NCBI GenBank assembly: GCA_040768745.1
Contig: JAXGMI010000001.1
Span: forward strand, 960,001 to 1,024,000
Length of the DNA stretch: 64,000 bases
Direction: 5' to 3'
Source of the DNA: Desulfomicrobium sp.
Lineage (GTDB): Bacteria; Desulfobacterota; Desulfovibrionia; Desulfovibrionales; Desulfomicrobiaceae
Shown here: positions 61,134-64,000 of the stretch, piece after piece
Layout of the letters: every line of letters begins with the position of its first letter
Position numbering within the stretch: the stretch's first letter is position 1
Translations under genes and position numbers: made by a program
The notes under the pieces: model-generated
Database searches by the model: none
What the model saw: the letters and a program-made list of their open reading frames with translations, nothing else
What the model was told of the DNA's origin: nothing

Positions 61134-62297
61134 GTGAACATCCTGACCATCCCGCTGCGGACCATGCGCAAGAAGTGGGTCAAGACCCTGCTTCTGCTCC
61201 TGGTCTTCACCCTGAGCGTGGTCTCCATCGTCTCCCTCAACTACGTGTCCAGGGTGGTGGGCGAGTCGCTGGAGAAAAAGCTGACCGCCTACGGGGCCAA
61301 TATCCTGGTCATGCCCAGAAGCGAGAAGCTGACCGTCAGCTACGGCGGCTTCTCCATGGGCGACATGCTCATGGGCGTCACGGACCTGCGCGAGAGCGAG
61401 GTGGAGGAAAAGATACAGTCCATCGGCTACCGCGACCGCATCAGCGTCGTGGCGCCCAAACTGGTGGCCATGACCAGGGTCGGCGGCGCGGCCGTGGGCG
61501 TGGTCGGGGTGCGCTTCGAGCGGGAGAAGGTGCTCAAGGGCTATTGGGCCGTGGACGGCGCCTTTCCGGTCGCGGAGAACGAGATCCTGGCCGGGGCCAA
61601 GGCGGCCGAGAAGCTCGGGCTCTGGGCGGGCGGGACCGTCGACCTGGGCGGCCGGATCGCCCTGGTCTCGGGCGTGCTTCAGCCCACGGGCAGCGACGAC
61701 GACTCGGTCCTCTTCGTGGGCATGGACTTCGCCCAGGCGGCCTTCGGCCAGGCCGACCACGTCAGCTTCGTGGAGGTCTCGGCCCTGTGCGCGGGTTGCC
61801 CCATCGACGAGATCGTGGCCCAGATCGCGGAGAAACTCCCCGATGTCGAGATCCAGGCCCTGCAGTCCATCGTCAAGCAGCGCATGTATTCGGTCCATTT
61901 CGTGGAGCATCTCATTCTGACCGTGAGCCTGGTCATCCTCTTCATCGCCTGCTGCATGGTCGGGGCGACCATGCTCTCCTCGGTCAACGAGCGGATCAAG
62001 GAGATCGGCCTGTTGCGCTCCCTGGGTTTCTCGCGGGGCGGGATTTTCGGGATCTTCTGTTTCGAGGCCGTGCTCATCGGCATGGCCGCCGGGGTCATCG
62101 GCTATTTCGGCGGGTACGCCTTGAGCCTCAAGGTCCTGGCCCTGCTCGACATGGCCGGGGAGGCCGAGCTGGCCCTGCACCCCGTCCATCTGGCCCTGAC
62201 CTGCCTGCTGATCGTTGGCGTCTCGGTCCTGGCCGCCTTTTTCCCGTCCTGGAAGGCCGCCTCCATCGAGCCGTCCACGGCGCTCATTTCCCTGTGA
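61134..62297 (+). CDS. ABC transporter permease (MacB/FtsX-like)
   Basis: YGANILVMP, SVNERIKEIGLLRSLG and PSWKAASIEP motifs; periplasmic CAGC. Confidence 0.9.
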   Translation: MNILTIPLRTMRKKWVKTLLLLLVFTLSVVSIVSLNYVSRVVGESLEKKLTAYGANILVMPRSEKLTVSYGGFSMGDMLMGVTDLRESEVEEKIQSIGYRDRISVVAPKLVAMTRVGGAAVGVVGVRFEREKVLKGYWAVDGAFPVAENEILAGAKAAEKLGLWAGGTVDLGGRIALVSGVLQPTGSDDDSVLFVGMDFAQAAFGQADHVSFVEVSALCAGCPIDEIVAQIAEKLPDVEIQALQSIVKQRMYSVHFVEHLILTVSLVILFIACCMVGATMLSSVNERIKEIGLLRSLGFSRGGIFGIFCFEAVLIGMAAGVIGYFGGYALSLKVLALLDMAGEAELALHPVHLALTCLLIVGVSVLAAFFPSWKAASIEPSTALISL

Positions 62298-62303
62298 GGA
62301 ACC

Positions 62304-62969
<666 letters not shown>

Positions 62970-62987
62970 GTTTTCGTACCGACGAGC

Positions 62988-63028
62988 AAAAAGGGCCGCG
63001 CATCTTCGGGAGCGCGGCCCTTCGTTTT
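62988..63028. terminator. Bidirectional terminator
   Basis: AAGGGCCGCGC/GCGCGGCCCTT stem with A and T flanks between convergent genes. Confidence 0.75.
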
Positions 63029-63624
63029 CACCAGGCGCCCTGTTTCCAGACTTCGGCCAGGGTCTTGCGCGGGGAGGGGCTTTCCCAATCGATATAGGGT
63101 TTGTCCAGGTTTTCCGTCGCGTCCAGGATGCCGATGGTGAAACCGGCCACGACCTCGAATTCTTCCCGGTCGATGCCGAAAGCGTCGTAGATGGCCTCCT
63201 TTCTGATGCCCGACATGCCGTGGGTGTAGAGGCCGAGCTTGCGGGCCTGCAGGGTCAGGGACATCCAGGCCGAGCCGCAGTCGTACACGGCCGTGGGGTT
63301 GGGCTTGCCGTTGTGGGCGAAGTTCCGTTTGGCGACCATGAAGCCGATGAGGGAGGCGTTCACGGCCCATTTCTGGTTGGCGTCGACCAGAAGCCCCAGG
63401 AAGGTCTCGAAGGTCTCGGGGGTGGAGGTCAGGATGCGCCAGGGCTGCTCGTTGTAGGCCGAGGGGGCCCAGCGGGCCGCGTCAAAGATGATGGCCAGGT
63501 CCTCGGCCGGAATGGGGGTCTTGACGAAGGAGCGCGGGGACCAGCGGCTCGGGAATTCGTCGGCCACGCCGGCCAGGGGGTCGCGTTTACTGAAATCAGG
63601 AGCATATGGGGATATGTACTTCAT
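63028..63624 (-). CDS. Nitroreductase family protein
   Basis: RWSPRSF, AARWAPSAYNEQPW, YDCGSA and HGMSG motifs; GGAGG RBS. Confidence 0.92.
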   Translation of the reverse strand: MKYISPYAPDFSKRDPLAGVADEFPSRWSPRSFVKTPIPAEDLAIIFDAARWAPSAYNEQPWRILTSTPETFETFLGLLVDANQKWAVNASLIGFMVAKRNFAHNGKPNPTAVYDCGSAWMSLTLQARKLGLYTHGMSGIRKEAIYDAFGIDREEFEVVAGFTIGILDATENLDKPYIDWESPSPRKTLAEVWKQGAW

Positions 63625-63707
63625 GAAACCTCCAAGGGGGTAAGGGTGCGGTGTATGTTGATACAATCTAAAAAATTAACCCCGTTGTCAGGAGTGTCAA
63701 CGCAGTT

Positions 63708-63998
63708 TTAGATGCTGTGTGACAGGATTTTTTTCAGTTGTGAGCGGAACTGACCAGCCCCGCCGTTGGCCGGGTGCCGCAGGGCCGGGGCGGCGATGCC
63801 CATGGCCGCCAGCAGTGCCGCCGATTTCTGCCCCACGGCCAGGACTTCGGCCTGCGGGAAAAGGGATTTCAGGGCCAGGAGCGCGGGCCTGCCCAGCAGG
63901 ACCTCGTCTTCCGATGGCGTGCGGTTGCTCAGAAGCCCCTTGTTCGGCTTGTAGGGGTGCCAGGGGAAGGCGTTCCACAGGATGACGCTGCGCGGGTC
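63708..63998 (-). CDS. Uracil-DNA glycosylase-like protein, C-terminal part (5' end outside window)
   Basis: My translation, not in the ORF track: ...VILWNAFPWHPYKPNKGLLSNRTP...VLAVGQKS...LRHPANGG...SI*. Confidence 0.8.
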   Translation of the reverse strand, partial: DPRSVILWNAFPWHPYKPNKGLLSNRTPSEDEVLLGRPALLALKSLFPQAEVLAVGQKSAALLAAMGIAAPALRHPANGGAGQFRSQLKKILSHSI

Positions 63999-64000
63999 GA

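Overview
GC-rich bacterial chromosome segment. Gene content and order point to a sulfate-reducing Desulfovibrionales bacterium, Desulfomicrobium-like (inference). Most of the window is housekeeping and mostly on the + strand: gyrA 3' end, pyrB-pyrC, a sigma54 response regulator, rlmN-hisI-hisG, lepA-lepB, comM/yifB, recA-alaS, nfnAB and metG. Accessory modules are a fused IOR-type 2-oxoacid:ferredoxin oxidoreductase with an ADP-forming acyl-CoA synthetase, acs with a LytTR pseudo-receiver regulator, an RND pump, a Ni/Co ECF transporter and a predicted sigma54-driven DUF2318-ABC operon. I saw no rRNA, tRNA, CRISPR array, transposase or integrase. The best novel candidate is absent from the ORF track: a 47-aa single-pass membrane ORF at 30852-30995 (-) with an in-frame UGA followed by a bacterial SECIS-like hairpin, i.e. 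a putative micro-selenoprotein (U-x6-C). It lies directly behind a sirtuin gene and tail-to-tail with a bacterial cereblon homologue. Other notable items are a CCA-enzyme-like protein with degenerate catalytic motifs, a possible leader/attenuator before pyrB, and candidate Rex, NikR, LytTR and sigma54 sites. All calls come from reading motifs by eye; no searches were run.
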